Positions 8,520 to 19,389 of a stretch of DNA of 39,693 nucleotides are shown here, piece by piece. Origin of the DNA: Acutalibacteraceae bacterium (GTDB taxonomy: Bacteria; Bacillota; Clostridia; Oscillospirales; Acutalibacteraceae); the NCBI GenBank assembly GCA_045643425.1, contig JAZUKW010000085.1, forward strand, positions 1-39,693, given 5' to 3'. Both the position numbers and the translations under genes were made by a program. How positions within the stretch are numbered: position 1 is the stretch's first letter; every line of letters starts with the position of its first letter. The notes beneath the pieces are model-generated. The model did no database searches. It saw only the letters and a program-made list of their open reading frames with translations, and had not been told where the DNA came from.

Positions 8520-9266
8520 TTAGGGCGTGGTCAAAATGACCGGCCCGTCTGTCGTGACGGCAACGGTATGCTCAAAATGGGCAGACAGCTTTCTGTCCTT
8601 CGTGAGCACCGTCCAACCGTCCGGCAGGACTTCGATTTCATGGGTGCCGCAGTTGATCATCGGTTCAATGGCGATGGTCATACCGGGAACGAGGCGAGGG
8701 CCTCTGCCCGGCGTGCCAAAGTTCGGAACACTCGGTTCCTCGTGCAGGTGCGTACCTACTCCGTGGCCGACGTACTGTCGTACCACCGAATAACCACGCT
8801 CCTCGACATACGCCTGTACGGCATGGCTGATGTCACCGATGCGATTTCCCGCCACCGCCTGCGCGATGCCTTCATAAAGGCTGTCGCGGGTAGCGTCGAG
8901 AAGCGCCTGTGCCTCGTCGGAAATCTTACCGACGGGGAACGTGGCGGCATTGTCGCCATGATAGCCGTGATAGAACGCGCCAACGTCCACACTCACGATA
9001 TCCCCTTCGTGGAGGACGCGATCTCCCGGTATGCCGTGGATGACCGTTTCGTTCACCGACAGGCACGCAGACGCAGGGAATCCACCGTAACCGAGAAACG
9101 AGGGGGTAGCCCCCTGTTTCTCGATGAAGTGGCGGATCTTACGGTCGAGTTCACCGGTGGTCATACCCACTCGGATGGATTCGCCCGCGAACTGCAAGGC
9201 CTGTGCCGAGATACGACACGCATCACGCATCTCGTTAAGCTCTCGGCTGTTTTTAACGATAATCAT
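8520..9266 (-). CDS. map: type I methionine aminopeptidase
   Basis: Track ORF of 248 aa with the metal-ligand context GDIVSVDVG...HGYHGD...HGVG...IEP. It lies between adk and infA. Confidence 0.95.
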   Translation of the reverse strand: MIIVKNSRELNEMRDACRISAQALQFAGESIRVGMTTGELDRKIRHFIEKQGATPSFLGYGGFPASACLSVNETVIHGIPGDRVLHEGDIVSVDVGAFYHGYHGDNAATFPVGKISDEAQALLDATRDSLYEGIAQAVAGNRIGDISHAVQAYVEERGYSVVRQYVGHGVGTHLHEEPSVPNFGTPGRGPRLVPGMTIAIEPMINCGTHEIEVLPDGWTVLTKDRKLSAHFEHTVAVTTDGPVILTTP

Positions 9267-9901
9267 TCCGCTGCCCTTACGGCTTCAAGCACCAACTTGG
9301 TCGTGTCGGCGATTTCCGCCTGACCCTGGACCGATTTGAGCTTGCCCTGAGCTTCGTAGAAGGATTTCAGCGGCTCCGTTTTCTCGTGGTACTCTTTCAG
9401 ACGTGCCACAACGGTTTCCGGTTGGTCATCCTTGCGTTGAACAAGGGTGCCGCCGCAAGCGTCGCAAACGCCTTCCACCTTCGAGGGTCTGAACTCGACG
9501 TGGTAGGAGTTGCCGCACTCGCTGCAGACACGGCGGCCCGATACACGCTGGGTGATCACCTCGTCCGCGACATCTATGTCGATGACGCGGTCGATGACGA
9601 TACCCATACGGTCAAGCGCCTCGGCTTGGGGAATGGTGCGCGGGAAGCCGTCCAGAATGAAGCCGTTTTTGCAGTCGTCCTTGGCGAGGCGCTCTTGGAT
9701 AATACCAATCACGATCTCGTCCGGAACGAGAGAACCGGCCTCCATAAAGGCTTTGGCTTTCAAGCCCATTTCCGTGCCGCTTTTCAACGCTTCACGGATA
9801 ATGTTACCCGTGGAAATGGTGGGGATGTTCAGGGCTTTGCAGACCTGCTCGGCCTGCGTACCCTTGCCGGCGCCCGGAGCGCCGAGGAAGATGAGATTCA
9901 T
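9263..9901 (-). CDS. adk: adenylate kinase
   Basis: The track ORF extends to 9928. I prefer the ATG at 9899-9901 (MNLIFLGAPGAGKGTQA), preceded by AAAGGAGGAAAAAGGT. It has a Cys4 lid (CSECG...CDACGG). Confidence 0.95.
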   Translation of the reverse strand: MNLIFLGAPGAGKGTQAEQVCKALNIPTISTGNIIREALKSGTEMGLKAKAFMEAGSLVPDEIVIGIIQERLAKDDCKNGFILDGFPRTIPQAEALDRMGIVIDRVIDIDVADEVITQRVSGRRVCSECGNSYHVEFRPSKVEGVCDACGGTLVQRKDDQPETVVARLKEYHEKTEPLKSFYEAQGKLKSVQGQAEIADTTKLVLEAVRAAE

Positions 9902-9929
9902 ACCTTTTTCCTCCTTTGTCACAGGCATC

Positions 9930-11249
9930 TTATTCCAAGAAGCCCTTGTAGTGACGCATCATAATCTGACTTTCGATCTGCTGCATGGTCTCCAGAGCCA
10001 CACCGACGACGATCATGACGGACGTACCGCCGATGCCCAGTCCGATGCCGGTGAATTTACCGAAGATGGACGGGAACAGCGCGATAACGCCGAGGAACAG
10101 AGCGCCGATCAGCGTGATCTTGGAGATGACCTTGCGGATGTAATCCACAGTGGGCTTGCCCGGAAGGCGGCCGGGGATCGCACCGGAGTTCTTCCGCAGG
10201 TTGTTCGCCATTTCGATCGGATTGTACTGAATCTGAACGTAGAAGAACGCAAAGCCGATGATGAGCAGGAAATACAGGATGATATACACCCAACTGGTCG
10301 AGCTAAACGCTTGGAAGAACCAGCTGGTGTTGTCCGCGTCCCAACCGAAGAACTGTTTGAGGATCGACGGCATGGAGACGATGGAGACGGCCAAGATGAT
10401 CGGCATAACACCGGACATATTGACCTTGATCGGAATGAACGTATTCTGACCGCCGTAGATCTTGCGACCGACGGTACGCTTGGCGTATTGGATCGGAATA
10501 CGACGCTCCGCGTTGGACATAAACACGATCAGACCGATGATAGCCAGGAACAGCACGAGGATGATCGGAACGAGGATCACGTACTTGAGGCCACCCTTGT
10601 CGATAGTGTCAATACCCTGCGTAAAGAGTTGATACAGCAGCACGAAGCCGTCGGGCAAGCGGGAAATGATACCCGCAAACAACAGGATCGAGATGCCGTT
10701 GCCGATGCCGCGCTCGTTGATCTGCTCACCGAGCCACATCATAAGAGCGGAACCGGCGGTGAAGCACAGCACGATGGTGATGCCGCAGAACCAAGCAGCG
10801 AAGCCGCCCTTGGCGCACGCAGCAAGCGCACCGTATTTGTTCTTCACCATAAAGTAGTAGGCAACACCCAGCAGCAGGCCGAGGATCACCGTCACGTAAC
10901 GGGTGATCTGGCCGAGCTTTTTGCGGCCTTCCTCGCCGTTTTGCGCCATGCGCTCAAGAGCGGGGATCGCCACCGTCAGCAGCTGGATGATAATGCTGGC
11001 GTTGATGTACGGAGTGATGGACAACGCGAAGATACTCGCGTCAGAGAAGCCGCCGCCGGACATCAGCGTCAACAGCGCCATCGCGGTGGAATCCGAGTTG
11101 CCCTTGACCGCTTCGCCGAGCGCCGCGATGTCAATGAACGGAACCGGGATCGCCGAGCCGACACGGAAGATCAACACGATGAGAAGGGTGTAGAGGATCT
11201 TCTTGCGGATGTCGGCAACCTTCCAGGCATTCGCTAAGGTCTGAAACAT
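9930..11249 (-). CDS. secY: preprotein translocase subunit SecY
   Basis: Track ORF of 439 aa, polytopic membrane protein, in the conserved position between rplO and adk. Confidence 0.97.
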   Translation of the reverse strand: MFQTLANAWKVADIRKKILYTLLIVLIFRVGSAIPVPFIDIAALGEAVKGNSDSTAMALLTLMSGGGFSDASIFALSITPYINASIIIQLLTVAIPALERMAQNGEEGRKKLGQITRYVTVILGLLLGVAYYFMVKNKYGALAACAKGGFAAWFCGITIVLCFTAGSALMMWLGEQINERGIGNGISILLFAGIISRLPDGFVLLYQLFTQGIDTIDKGGLKYVILVPIILVLFLAIIGLIVFMSNAERRIPIQYAKRTVGRKIYGGQNTFIPIKVNMSGVMPIILAVSIVSMPSILKQFFGWDADNTSWFFQAFSSTSWVYIILYFLLIIGFAFFYVQIQYNPIEMANNLRKNSGAIPGRLPGKPTVDYIRKVISKITLIGALFLGVIALFPSIFGKFTGIGLGIGGTSVMIVVGVALETMQQIESQIMMRHYKGFLE

Positions 11250-11250
11250 G

Positions 11251-11691
11251 TCAGATCACCTCTGCCTTTCCGCCCGCACCCTCGATCTTCTCTTTGGCAG
11301 AGCCGGAGAACGCCGCCGCTTTCACGGTAAGCGCCTTTTCCAGCTTGCCGTTGCCGAGGATTTTCACCCCGTCGCAAGCATTTTTGATGATGCCGGCCGC
11401 AATGAGCGCATCCGCGTCCACAACCGCGTTGGCGTCAAACTTGTTGAGCGCCGCCACGTTCACGATGGCATACTCCTTCGCGAAAATGTTGTTGAAACCG
11501 CGTTTCGGGATACGCCGTTGCAGAGGCATCTGACCACCTTCAAAGCCCGGACGCTGGCCGTGACCGGCACGCGCCTTTTGACCCTTGTGGCCTTTACCAC
11601 CGGTTTTGCCCCAGCCGGAGCCGTGGCCGCGGCCGATACGTTTGCTCTCGTGAGTCGAACCGGCCACCGGAGAAAGATCATGTAACTGCAT
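11251..11691 (-). CDS. rplO: 50S ribosomal protein L15
   Basis: Track ORF of 146 aa starting [26 protein letters not shown]. Confidence 0.97.
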   Translation of the reverse strand: MQLHDLSPVAGSTHESKRIGRGHGSGWGKTGGKGHKGQKARAGHGQRPGFEGGQMPLQRRIPKRGFNNIFAKEYAIVNVAALNKFDANAVVDADALIAAGIIKNACDGVKILGNGKLEKALTVKAAAFSGSAKEKIEGAGGKAEVI

Positions 11692-11721
11692 AGTTTTCGC
11701 ACCTCCTTGATTTCGATTTGA

Positions 11722-11916
11722 TTATTTCGTTACCTCGATGAGGTGGATAATTTTAGCCACCTTACCCTGCGTCGCGGCGTTGTCAGGCTGGCTGACTTGG
11801 TCGCCGATCTTACGCAGTCCCAGGGATTGGGCCGTGGCAATCTGGTCCTTTTTCGCGCCGATGAGGCTCTTGACCAGCTTGATGTTCAGGGCATTCGCCG
11901 TTTTCTTCGTAGCCAT
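11722..11916 (-). CDS. rpmD: 50S ribosomal protein L30
   Basis: Track ORF of 64 aa containing LNIKLVKSLIGAKKDQIATAQSLGLRK. Confidence 0.95.
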   Translation of the reverse strand: MATKKTANALNIKLVKSLIGAKKDQIATAQSLGLRKIGDQVSQPDNAATQGKVAKIIHLIEVTK

Positions 11917-11930
11917 TGCTTTTGCCCTCC

Positions 11931-12443
11931 TTAACCCAAGATTTCGCCGACGGTCTTACCGCGGTTCTCCGCCGCCTGCTCCGCAGTACGCAGCTCTTTC
12001 AGACCTTCGAAGGTCGCAGCCACGACGTTGCAGGGGTTGTTCGAGCGAAGAGCCTTGGTACGGATGTCTTTGATACCGGCAGCTTCCATGACGGCACGCA
12101 CCGCACCGCCGGCGATAACGCCGGTACCGGTGGCGGCGGGCTTCAGGAGAACCTCGCCGGCGCCAAATTTACCGATGACCTCGTGCGGGATGGTGGAGCC
12201 TTTCAAGGAGATCTTCACCATGTTCTTTTTGGCATCCTCGATGCCCTTGCGGATGGCCTCCGGGACCTCGCTGGCTTTGCCGATGCCGAAGCCAACGGTG
12301 CCTTTACCGTCACCCACAACCATCAGAGCCGAGAATTTCATGATGCGGCCGCCCTTCACGGTCTTGCTGACACGGTTGATGGCCACCAGGCGCTCCTCGT
12401 ACTCGGATTTCATTTCACGTTTGTTATTATCACGTCTGTCCAA
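11931..12443 (-). CDS. rpsE: 30S ribosomal protein S5
   Basis: Track ORF of 170 aa containing [27 protein letters not shown]. Confidence 0.97.
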   Translation of the reverse strand: MDRRDNNKREMKSEYEERLVAINRVSKTVKGGRIMKFSALMVVGDGKGTVGFGIGKASEVPEAIRKGIEDAKKNMVKISLKGSTIPHEVIGKFGAGEVLLKPAATGTGVIAGGAVRAVMEAAGIKDIRTKALRSNNPCNVVAATFEGLKELRTAEQAAENRGKTVGEILG

Positions 12444-12463
12444 AGTTCTGTTCCTCCTCTTCC

Positions 12464-12823
12464 TTAGAATTTGAGGCCGCCCTCGCGGGCGCCTTCGGCC
12501 AGCTCTTTGACACGGCCGTGATAGACGTAGCCGCCGCGATCGAACACCACGTCGGTGATGCCCGCTTTGGCAGCGCGTTCAGCGATCAGGGTACCCACTT
12601 TTTTGGCAGCGTCTTTGTTGCCGCCGTAGGCACCGAAGTCTTTTTCCACGCTCGAAGCAGACGCAAGCGTCTTGCCGGCCACATCGTCGATGAGCTGCGC
12701 ATAGATGTGGTTCGAGGAGCGGAACACGTTCAGACGCGGACGATCCGCGGTGCCGGAGACCTTACCGCGCACACGAGCGTGGCGATGCAGTCTGGCTTTG
12801 TTGCTGTCTTTTTGACTAACCAT
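12464..12823 (-). CDS. rplR: 50S ribosomal protein L18
   Basis: Track ORF of 119 aa containing [20 protein letters not shown]. Confidence 0.97.
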   Translation of the reverse strand: MVSQKDSNKARLHRHARVRGKVSGTADRPRLNVFRSSNHIYAQLIDDVAGKTLASASSVEKDFGAYGGNKDAAKKVGTLIAERAAKAGITDVVFDRGGYVYHGRVKELAEGAREGGLKF

Positions 12824-12838
12824 TGTTCCTTACCTCCC

Positions 12839-13387
12839 TTATTTCGCGCCCTTGGCGCCGGCTTTACCTTCTTTGCGGCGGATGACTTCGTCCACGTACT
12901 TGATGCCCTTGCCCTTATACGGCTCCGGCGGACGTTTGCCACGGACCTCCGCGGCAAACTGACCAACGAGCTGTTTGTCGGCGCCGCTGATAACCAGCTT
13001 GTTCGGCGCCGGCACGTCGATGGTAATGCCGGGGATCTCATCCACAAAGACCTGGTGGCTGTAGCCGAGGGTCAACACGACCTGCTTGCCCTGCTTCACA
13101 GCACGGTAGCCGATACCGTTGATCTCCAGCTCTTTCTGATAACCCTTGGAGACACCCTCCACCATGTTGGCGATCAGGGTGCGGGAGAGGCCGTGGAGCG
13201 AGCGGCTCGCAGCCTCGTCGTTCGGGCGCTCCACCAAAACGGTGTTGCCCTCCACCTTCACGGTGATGATGGGGTTGATGGTTTGCGTCAAGGTACCCTT
13301 CGGGCCTTTGACGGTCACGACGTTATCGGCCACGGAGACCTCGACGCCGGCGGGGATTTCAATGGGTTTACGACCAATTCTCGACAT
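12839..13387 (-). CDS. rplF: 50S ribosomal protein L6
   Basis: Track ORF of 182 aa starting [17 protein letters not shown]. Confidence 0.97.
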   Translation of the reverse strand: MSRIGRKPIEIPAGVEVSVADNVVTVKGPKGTLTQTINPIITVKVEGNTVLVERPNDEAASRSLHGLSRTLIANMVEGVSKGYQKELEINGIGYRAVKQGKQVVLTLGYSHQVFVDEIPGITIDVPAPNKLVISGADKQLVGQFAAEVRGKRPPEPYKGKGIKYVDEVIRRKEGKAGAKGAK

Positions 13388-13402
13388 ATCTCATTTACCC
13401 CC

Positions 13403-13810
13403 TTACCACACAAACGCCAGGACTTCGCCACCCACGTTCTCAGAGCGGGCCTTTTTGTCGGTCATAACGCCCTTGGACGTGGAGACGATCGCGGTGCCGA
13501 TGCCCTTCATGACCTTCGGCATATCCTCGCTGCTCGAATAGATGCGCAAACCGGGTTTGGACACGCGGCGCAGGCCGCGGATAACCGGGGTCTTGGACGC
13601 GCCCTGGTATTTCAGGACAACGCGGATGACACCCTGTTTGCCGTCATCGATCACTTGAAAACTCTTAATGTATCCCTCGTCAACCAGAATCTGGGCAATA
13701 GCCTTTTTCATGTTGGAAGCAGGGATGTCGACCGAATCATGCTTCGCGGTGTTCGCGTTGCGAATGCGCGTCAGCATATCGGCGATGGTATCCGTAATTT
13801 GCATAGCCAT
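13403..13810 (-). CDS. rpsH: 30S ribosomal protein S8
   Basis: Track ORF of 135 aa containing [14 protein letters not shown]. Confidence 0.97.
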   Translation of the reverse strand: MAMQITDTIADMLTRIRNANTAKHDSVDIPASNMKKAIAQILVDEGYIKSFQVIDDGKQGVIRVVLKYQGASKTPVIRGLRRVSKPGLRIYSSSEDMPKVMKGIGTAIVSTSKGVMTDKKARSENVGGEVLAFVW

Positions 13811-13825
13811 TATCCTCCTTAACTA

Positions 13826-14011
13826 TTACCAGCTGGCCTTTTTGACACCCGGGATCTCGCCCTTGTAGGCAAGCTCACGGAAGCAGATACGGCAGATGCC
13901 GTACTTGCGGAGATACGCATGGGGACGACCGCAGATCTTGCAGCGGTTGTAGGCGCGAGTCGAGAATTTCGCTTCGCGGCTCTGACGCACCTTCATAGAA
14001 GTTTTAGCCAT
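13826..14011 (-). CDS. rpsN: 30S ribosomal protein S14 type Z (zinc form)
   Basis: Track ORF of 61 aa with the motif [20 protein letters not shown]. Confidence 0.96.
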   Translation of the reverse strand: MAKTSMKVRQSREAKFSTRAYNRCKICGRPHAYLRKYGICRICFRELAYKGEIPGVKKASW

Positions 14012-14024
14012 TCTTGTCCCCTCC

Positions 14025-14564
14025 TTATCGCGCGAACGGAGCGCCCATGAGCGTCAGCAGCTCGAAGGCCTCTTCGTCGGTTTTGGCGGTGGTGACAAAG
14101 CACAGGTCCATGCCGCGCACCGCGTCGATCTTGTCGAACTCAATTTCCGGGAAAATGAGCTGCTCTTTAAGGCCCATGTTGTAGTTACCGCGGCCGTCAA
14201 AGGCGTTGCGGTTGATGCCGCGGAAGTCGCGGACACGGGGCAGAGCAACGTTGAACAAACGATCCAGGAACTCGTACATGCGGTCGCCGCGCAGGGTGAC
14301 CTTCACGCCGTTGTTCATACCTTCACGCAGTTTGAAGTTCGCAACAGACTTCTTCGCCTTGCAGATCACGGGGCGCTGACCGGTGATCGCCATGAGGTCG
14401 TTCATCGCCGACTCAATGACTTTCGGGTTGTCACGCGCTTCGCCGCAGCCGATGTTGATGACGATTTTGTCCAACTTCGGAATCTGCATCACGCTCTTAT
14501 AACCGAACTTGGTCATGAGCGCGGGAGCGACTTCACTTTTGTAAAATTCTTTCATTCTGGCCAT
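14025..14564 (-). CDS. rplE: 50S ribosomal protein L5
   Basis: Track ORF of 179 aa containing [13 protein letters not shown]. Confidence 0.97.
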   Translation of the reverse strand: MARMKEFYKSEVAPALMTKFGYKSVMQIPKLDKIVINIGCGEARDNPKVIESAMNDLMAITGQRPVICKAKKSVANFKLREGMNNGVKVTLRGDRMYEFLDRLFNVALPRVRDFRGINRNAFDGRGNYNMGLKEQLIFPEIEFDKIDAVRGMDLCFVTTAKTDEEAFELLTLMGAPFAR

Positions 14565-14578
14565 TCGTTTGTTCCTCC

Positions 14579-14893
14579 TTACAGCGTCTCACCGCAATGT
14601 TTGCACACACGGGATTTGGTCTTGTCGGCAAACGTTTTGTACGCAATGCGGGTGGCCTTCTTGCAGTGCGGGCAGATCACCTGGACCTTCGACGCGTAAA
14701 TCGCGCCCTCGGCCTTGATGATACCGCTCGGATCGCCCGGACGGCGCGCCTTCACGTGTTTGGTCACGACGTGGCAGCCTTCCACGATCACCTTGCCCTC
14801 TTTGGGGCTGACCTCCATCACTTTGCCTTTTTTGCCTTTGTCGTTACCGCTGAGAATAACGACCTGATCGTCTTTTTTGACATGCATTTTCAT
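14579..14893 (-). CDS. rplX: 50S ribosomal protein L24
   Basis: Track ORF of 104 aa. It has the KOW motif [21 protein letters not shown] and a C-terminal CPHC...CKHC pair. Confidence 0.96.
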   Translation of the reverse strand: MKMHVKKDDQVVILSGNDKGKKGKVMEVSPKEGKVIVEGCHVVTKHVKARRPGDPSGIIKAEGAIYASKVQVICPHCKKATRIAYKTFADKTKSRVCKHCGETL

Positions 14894-14906
14894 TTGCGTT
14901 TCCTCC

Positions 14907-15275
14907 TCACAGCACTTCCGGCGCGAGGGAAAGGATCTTCATGTAATCCTTCTCACGCAACTCACGGGCGATCGGCCCAAAAATACGGGTACCGCGCGGG
15001 TTTTTGTCCTCACGGATGATGACGCCCGCATTCTCGTCGAAGCGGATGTAGGTGCCATCCTCGCGGCGAACACCCGACACAGAGCGCACGATGACCGCAC
15101 GCACCACGTCGCCTTTTTTCACCATGCCGCCGGGAGCGGCTTTTTTCACCGAGGCGACAACGACGTCGCCGATATTGGCATACCTCCGGCCGGATCCACC
15201 AAGAACGCGAATGACCATAAGCTCTTTCGCGCCGGTGTTGTCGGCCACTTTGAGGCGGGATTGTTGTTGAACCAT
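14907..15275 (-). CDS. rplN: 50S ribosomal protein L14
   Basis: Track ORF of 122 aa starting [18 protein letters not shown]. Confidence 0.97.
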   Translation of the reverse strand: MVQQQSRLKVADNTGAKELMVIRVLGGSGRRYANIGDVVVASVKKAAPGGMVKKGDVVRAVIVRSVSGVRREDGTYIRFDENAGVIIREDKNPRGTRIFGPIARELREKDYMKILSLAPEVL

Positions 15276-15305
15276 TTGGTGTTCCTCCTTTCAAGCAGAA
15301 CCGAC

Positions 15306-15563
15306 TTATTTAGCCTTCTCGATAATGTTGGAAACACGCCAGCGCTTGTCCTTGGAGAGCGGACGAGTCTCGGTGACCTCAACGCGGTCACCGACACGGC
15401 ACTCGTTCAGCTCGTCGTGGGCTTTCAGCTTCACCGTGCGTTTCACGATCTTCTTGTACAAGGGATGACGGACGTTGTCGTTGATGGCGATGACCACGGT
15501 CTTATCCATTTTGTCGCTGACAACAGTACCGACGCGCGTCTTTCTCAAATTACGTTCACTCAT
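15306..15563 (-). CDS. rpsQ: 30S ribosomal protein S17
   Basis: Track ORF of 85 aa containing [18 protein letters not shown]. Confidence 0.96.
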   Translation of the reverse strand: MSERNLRKTRVGTVVSDKMDKTVVIAINDNVRHPLYKKIVKRTVKLKAHDELNECRVGDRVEVTETRPLSKDKRWRVSNIIEKAK

Positions 15564-15577
15564 CGGATGATCCTCCC

Positions 15578-15793
15578 TTAACCTTCAGCGCTTTCGCGCA
15601 GTTCGTTCTCGCGCATCACCGTTTTGATGACAGCGATTTCTTTTTTGACCGCCTTCAGGCGAGCCGGGTTATCCAATTGGTTGATAGCGTGTTGGAAGCG
15701 CAGGTTGAACAGCTCTTTTTTGAGGTCGTCCAGCTTGTTTTCCAATTCCACAGCGGTCAACTCGCGGATTTTATCAAGTTCCGTCTTTTTCAC
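15578..15793 (-). CDS. rpmC: 50S ribosomal protein L29
   Basis: Track ORF of 71 aa containing [23 protein letters not shown]. Confidence 0.95.
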   Translation of the reverse strand: MKKTELDKIRELTAVELENKLDDLKKELFNLRFQHAINQLDNPARLKAVKKEIAVIKTVMRENELRESAEG

Positions 15794-16212
15794 GCCTGCT
15801 CACCGTCCTCTTTTTTCACGAATTTGCACTTGATCGGCAGTTTGTTGGCCGCCAAGCGCAGAGCTTCGCGGGCAGTCTCCTCCGGAACACCGGCGATTTC
15901 GAACATCACACGGCCCGGTTTCACCACGGCCACCCAATACTCCGGCGAACCTTTACCGGAACCCATGCGGGTCTCGGCCGGTTTCTCGGTCACGGGCTTA
16001 TCCGGGAAAATGTCGATCCAAACCTGGCCGCCACGTTTGATGTAACGCGTCATAGCGATACGAGCCGCCTCGATCTGGTTGGATTTGATCCACGCCGGCT
16101 CTTCAGCCTGCAGACCATACTCACCGTAGGCAACCTTGTTACCGCGGGTAGCTTTACCGGTCAAACGGCCGCGCTGAACGCGACGGAATTTGACTCTCTT
16201 CGGCATTAACAT
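15790..16212 (-). CDS. rplP: 50S ribosomal protein L16
   Basis: Track ORF of 140 aa starting [16 protein letters not shown]. Confidence 0.97.
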   Translation of the reverse strand: MLMPKRVKFRRVQRGRLTGKATRGNKVAYGEYGLQAEEPAWIKSNQIEAARIAMTRYIKRGGQVWIDIFPDKPVTEKPAETRMGSGKGSPEYWVAVVKPGRVMFEIAGVPEETAREALRLAANKLPIKCKFVKKEDGEQA

Positions 16213-16883
16213 TACTTACGGCCTCCTTCCCGGCGCTGTTGCGGTTTCGCCGCACCGGCAAGAACCTCACCGCGGTAGATCCAGACTTTCACGCCGATCC
16301 GGCCGTAGGTGGTGTTCGCCTCCGCGAAACCATAGTCGATGTCCGCACGCAGAGTCTGCAGCGGAATGGTACCCTCGTGATAGCTCTCGCTGCGGGCGAT
16401 CTCCGCGCCGCCGAGACGGCCGGAAACCTTGGTTTTGATACCCTTGGCACCGAGCTTCATCGCACGGCCGATCGCCTGCTTCATCGCGCGGCGGAAGGAC
16501 GTACGTTTTTCCAGCTGAGCCGCAATGCTCTCGGCCACGAGCTGGGCGTTCACGTCGGGGTTTTTCTCCTCAACGATGTTGATAAAGGTGGTTTTGCCGA
16601 GCATTTTCTCGCAAGTCTGACGCAGAACCTCAATGTCCGCGCCACCCTTACCGATGACGATACCCGGTTTGGCACAGTGAATGTGCACGCGCACGCGGGT
16701 GGCCTCGCGCTCGATCTCGATCTTGGCGATACCGGCCGCATACAGTTTTTGTTTCAGGAACTTGCGCAGTTTGTAGTCAGACACCAGCGTATCGCCGAAG
16801 TCCTTATCGCTCACAAACCAGCGAGAGTCCCAATCTTTGATGACACCGACGCGAAGCGCGTGCGGATTGACTTTTTGTCCCAT
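16212..16883 (-). CDS. rpsC: 30S ribosomal protein S3
   Basis: The track ORF extends to 17015 and overlaps rplV. The real start is the ATG at 16881-16883 ([13 protein letters not shown]), preceded by AAGGAGGTA. Confidence 0.96.
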   Translation of the reverse strand: MGQKVNPHALRVGVIKDWDSRWFVSDKDFGDTLVSDYKLRKFLKQKLYAAGIAKIEIEREATRVRVHIHCAKPGIVIGKGGADIEVLRQTCEKMLGKTTFINIVEEKNPDVNAQLVAESIAAQLEKRTSFRRAMKQAIGRAMKLGAKGIKTKVSGRLGGAEIARSESYHEGTIPLQTLRADIDYGFAEANTTYGRIGVKVWIYRGEVLAGAAKPQQRREGGRK

Positions 16884-16897
16884 TGTTCTGTACCTCC

Positions 16898-17233
16898 TTA
16901 TTCCTTTTCCTTGAGAACGACGGTGATATGCGACGTCCTCTTGTCGATACGGAACGCGCGGCCTTGCGCACGCGGACGGATCCGTTTCATGATCGGTCCG
17001 GGGCAGGCAGAGCATTCGGCAACGTACAGATCGTTTCTGGACAGATTGAAGTTGTTCTCGGCGTTCGCAAGAGCCGATTTGAGCAGCTTCTCAATCGGCT
17101 CGCAAGCCGATTTGTTCGTGAATTTCACGATCGCCAGCGCTTCGTCGATCGATTTCCCGCGGATAAGGTCGAGAACGATCTTCACTTTGCGAGGGGAAAT
17201 GCGAACATAGGTAACTTTTGCTTTCGCTTCCAT
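16898..17233 (-). CDS. rplV: 50S ribosomal protein L22
   Basis: Track ORF of 111 aa starting [27 protein letters not shown]. Confidence 0.97.
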   Translation of the reverse strand: MEAKAKVTYVRISPRKVKIVLDLIRGKSIDEALAIVKFTNKSACEPIEKLLKSALANAENNFNLSRNDLYVAECSACPGPIMKRIRPRAQGRAFRIDKRTSHITVVLKEKE

Positions 17234-17254
17234 GATGTAATTCTCTCCTTCCGC

Positions 17255-17527
17255 TTAGTTCGTCGTCTTGGAGCCGGTGTGGCCCTTAAACGTACGGGTG
17301 GGGGCAAACTCACCGAGCTTGTGACCGACCATATCCTCGGTAACGTAAACGTCGATGTGTTTGCGGCCGTTGTGAACGGCAAAAGTGTAGCCGACAAAGT
17401 CAGGACAAATCGTCGAGGAACGGCTCCAAGTCTTGATGATGCGCTTCTCACCGGAAGCGGTCATCTCCTGAACACGTTTCATCAACGCGGCTTCCACGAA
17501 AGGTCCTTTTTTAATACTGCGTCCCAT
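17255..17527 (-). CDS. rpsS: 30S ribosomal protein S19
   Basis: Track ORF of 90 aa containing [11 protein letters not shown]...HNGRKHI. Confidence 0.97.
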   Translation of the reverse strand: MGRSIKKGPFVEAALMKRVQEMTASGEKRIIKTWSRSSTICPDFVGYTFAVHNGRKHIDVYVTEDMVGHKLGEFAPTRTFKGHTGSKTTN

Positions 17528-17547
17528 AATTCAATTTCTCCTTTCGC

Positions 17548-18381
17548 TTACTTCGCATTACGACGTTTGACAATGAACTTGTCAGAACGATGGTGTTTGT
17601 CGCGCGTCTTGTAACCCAGCGCAGGTTTGCCCCACGGAGTAACCGGGCCCGGACGGCCGATGGGGGATTTACCCTCACCACCACCGTGCGGGTGGTCACA
17701 CGGGTTCATAACAGAACCGCGGACAGTCGGACGCCAGCCCATGTGACGTTTGCGGCCGGCTTTACCGATCTTCTCGTTGGCGTGGTCGACGTTGCCGACC
17801 TGGCCGATGGTGGCCATGCAGCTCACCGGGACGTAACGCATTTCGCCGGAGGGCAGGCGGATGAGCGCCAGGTTGCCCTCTTTGCCCATGAGCTGAGCCA
17901 TAACGCCGGCGGAACGCGCCAGCTGCGCGCCCTTGCCCGGATACAGCTCCACGTTGTGGATGAACGCGCCCTGCGGGATCGCCGACAGCGGAAGGGCGTT
18001 ACCCGGACGGATGTCCGCCGAGGCGCCGGATTCCAGCACGTCGCCCACTTTCACGTCTTGCGGCGCGATGATGTAGCGTTTCTCGCCGTCCTCATACTGA
18101 ACGAGGGCGATGTGCGCGCTGCGGTTCGGATCGTACTCCAGCGTCAGCACGGTGGCTTTCATATCCTCCTTGTTGCGCTTGAAGTCGATGATACGGTATT
18201 TCTGACGGTTGCCGCCGCCGTGATGGCGAACGGTGATGCGGCCGTAGCTGTTGCGGCCGGCCTTTTTCTTTTTGGTGTCGAGCAGGCTCTTTTCCGGTTT
18301 GACCTTGGACAGCTCGCTGTAGTCAATAACGGACATACCGCGGCGGCCGTTGCTCGTCGGTTTATAGTTGACAATAGGCAT
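17548..18381 (-). CDS. rplB: 50S ribosomal protein L2
   Basis: Track ORF of 277 aa containing [17 protein letters not shown]. Confidence 0.97.
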   Translation of the reverse strand: MPIVNYKPTSNGRRGMSVIDYSELSKVKPEKSLLDTKKKKAGRNSYGRITVRHHGGGNRQKYRIIDFKRNKEDMKATVLTLEYDPNRSAHIALVQYEDGEKRYIIAPQDVKVGDVLESGASADIRPGNALPLSAIPQGAFIHNVELYPGKGAQLARSAGVMAQLMGKEGNLALIRLPSGEMRYVPVSCMATIGQVGNVDHANEKIGKAGRKRHMGWRPTVRGSVMNPCDHPHGGGEGKSPIGRPGPVTPWGKPALGYKTRDKHHRSDKFIVKRRNAK

Positions 18382-18458
18382 TTTTGTTCACGCTCCTTAT
18401 GGCTTTGCGGGGAATGCCGACTCCCCATTCGTGCCGAATTCGGCTTCGTACTTAATGA

Positions 18459-18749
18459 TTAGAACAAGCCGTCGAAGAACTCGATGGTCTTGGAGCCTTC
18501 CGTCAAGGTGACGACCGCTTTCTTCCAGTCGGAGGTGTAGCCCTCGTAGCGACCGTAGCGGCGTTTTTGGCCCTTCATGCTGATCGTGTTGACCTTGGCG
18601 ACTTTCACGCCGAAGATCTCTTCCACCGCGTCAGCGATTTGGATTTTGTTGGCGTCAGACGCCACACGGAAGGTGTATTTGCGATCCGCCAGCTGGCTGA
18701 CGGCCTTCTCCGTCACGACCGGAGCAAGGATAATATCACGTGCATTCAT
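18459..18749 (-). CDS. rplW: 50S ribosomal protein L23
   Basis: Track ORF of 96 aa containing ILAPVVTEKA...YTFRV. Confidence 0.96.
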   Translation of the reverse strand: MNARDIILAPVVTEKAVSQLADRKYTFRVASDANKIQIADAVEEIFGVKVAKVNTISMKGQKRRYGRYEGYTSDWKKAVVTLTEGSKTIEFFDGLF

Positions 18750-19372
18750 CAGGCGTAAACCTCCTCGATCTGAGAAATCGCGTCTTTCACGACGATGAAG
18801 GTGTTGCAGTTCACGATGTCGTAGACGTTCAGGGTGTTGACCAGCGCGGTCTTGACGCCCGGAATGTTACGCGCGGCTTTCACGATGCTCTCGTCGTTTT
18901 CCGGAAGAACGATCAACACCTTTTTGCCGGTCTCCAGCTTGGAGAGCATGGTGGCGATCGCCTTGGTTTTGGTCTCCTCCAGCTTGAGGTCGTCCAGCAC
19001 CATCATCTCGTTGTCGAGCACTTTGGCCGAGAACGCGGATTTCATAGCCAGACGGCGCACCTTCTTCGGAAGGGAGTAGCCATAGTCACGCGGCTTCGGC
19101 GCGAACGCCACACCGCCGTGATACCATTGGACAGCGCGGGTCGAACCCTGACGGGCGCGGCCGGTGCCTTTTTGGCGATACGGCTTTTTGCCGCCGCCGC
19201 TCACTTCGGAACGGGTGAGAGCGGACTGCGTGCCTTGACGCTGGTTCGCCAGATAGTTGACGACCATCGCGTGCATAACGGACTTGTTCGGAGTGATGCC
19301 GAAGATGGCCTCCGCCAGATCCAAGCTGCCGGTCTTTTTACCGGTCATGTCAAAAGTAGAAACTGTAGGCAT
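18749..19372 (-). CDS. rplD: 50S ribosomal protein L4
   Basis: Track ORF of 207 aa containing RSEVSGGGKKPYRQKGTGRARQGS. Confidence 0.97.
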   Translation of the reverse strand: MPTVSTFDMTGKKTGSLDLAEAIFGITPNKSVMHAMVVNYLANQRQGTQSALTRSEVSGGGKKPYRQKGTGRARQGSTRAVQWYHGGVAFAPKPRDYGYSLPKKVRRLAMKSAFSAKVLDNEMMVLDDLKLEETKTKAIATMLSKLETGKKVLIVLPENDESIVKAARNIPGVKTALVNTLNVYDIVNCNTFIVVKDAISQIEEVYA

Positions 19373-19389
19373 GATGCATTCCTCCTCTC

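Noticed and set aside
5339-13822. Other long antisense ORFs in the track, opposite rpoA, rpsD, adk/secY and rplR-rpsH (5339-6769, 6508-7686, 9510-11237, 12518-13822).
   Set aside because: The cause is the same compositional artefact. Every one overlaps a highly conserved ribosomal or core gene on the minus strand and translates to Arg/His/Asp-rich nonsense.
14579-14893. L24 with a C-terminal CPHC...CKHC pair, considered as an unusual zinc-ribbon ribosomal protein variant.
   Set aside because: From memory, clostridial L24 proteins commonly carry this Cys4 tail. Together with S14 type Z, L36 and S4 Cys motifs, it indicates a normal zinc-type ribosomal protein set, not a novelty.
16884-17015. 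5' extensions of track ORFs for rpsC, hrcA, dnaK, dnaJ, adk, dnaX, the ferredoxin, the methyltransferase, tcdA and rsmE.
   Set aside because: In each case the extension lacks an RBS, overlaps an upstream gene, terminator or operator, and precedes a canonical conserved N-terminus that has a strong Shine-Dalgarno sequence. The starts were trimmed accordingly.
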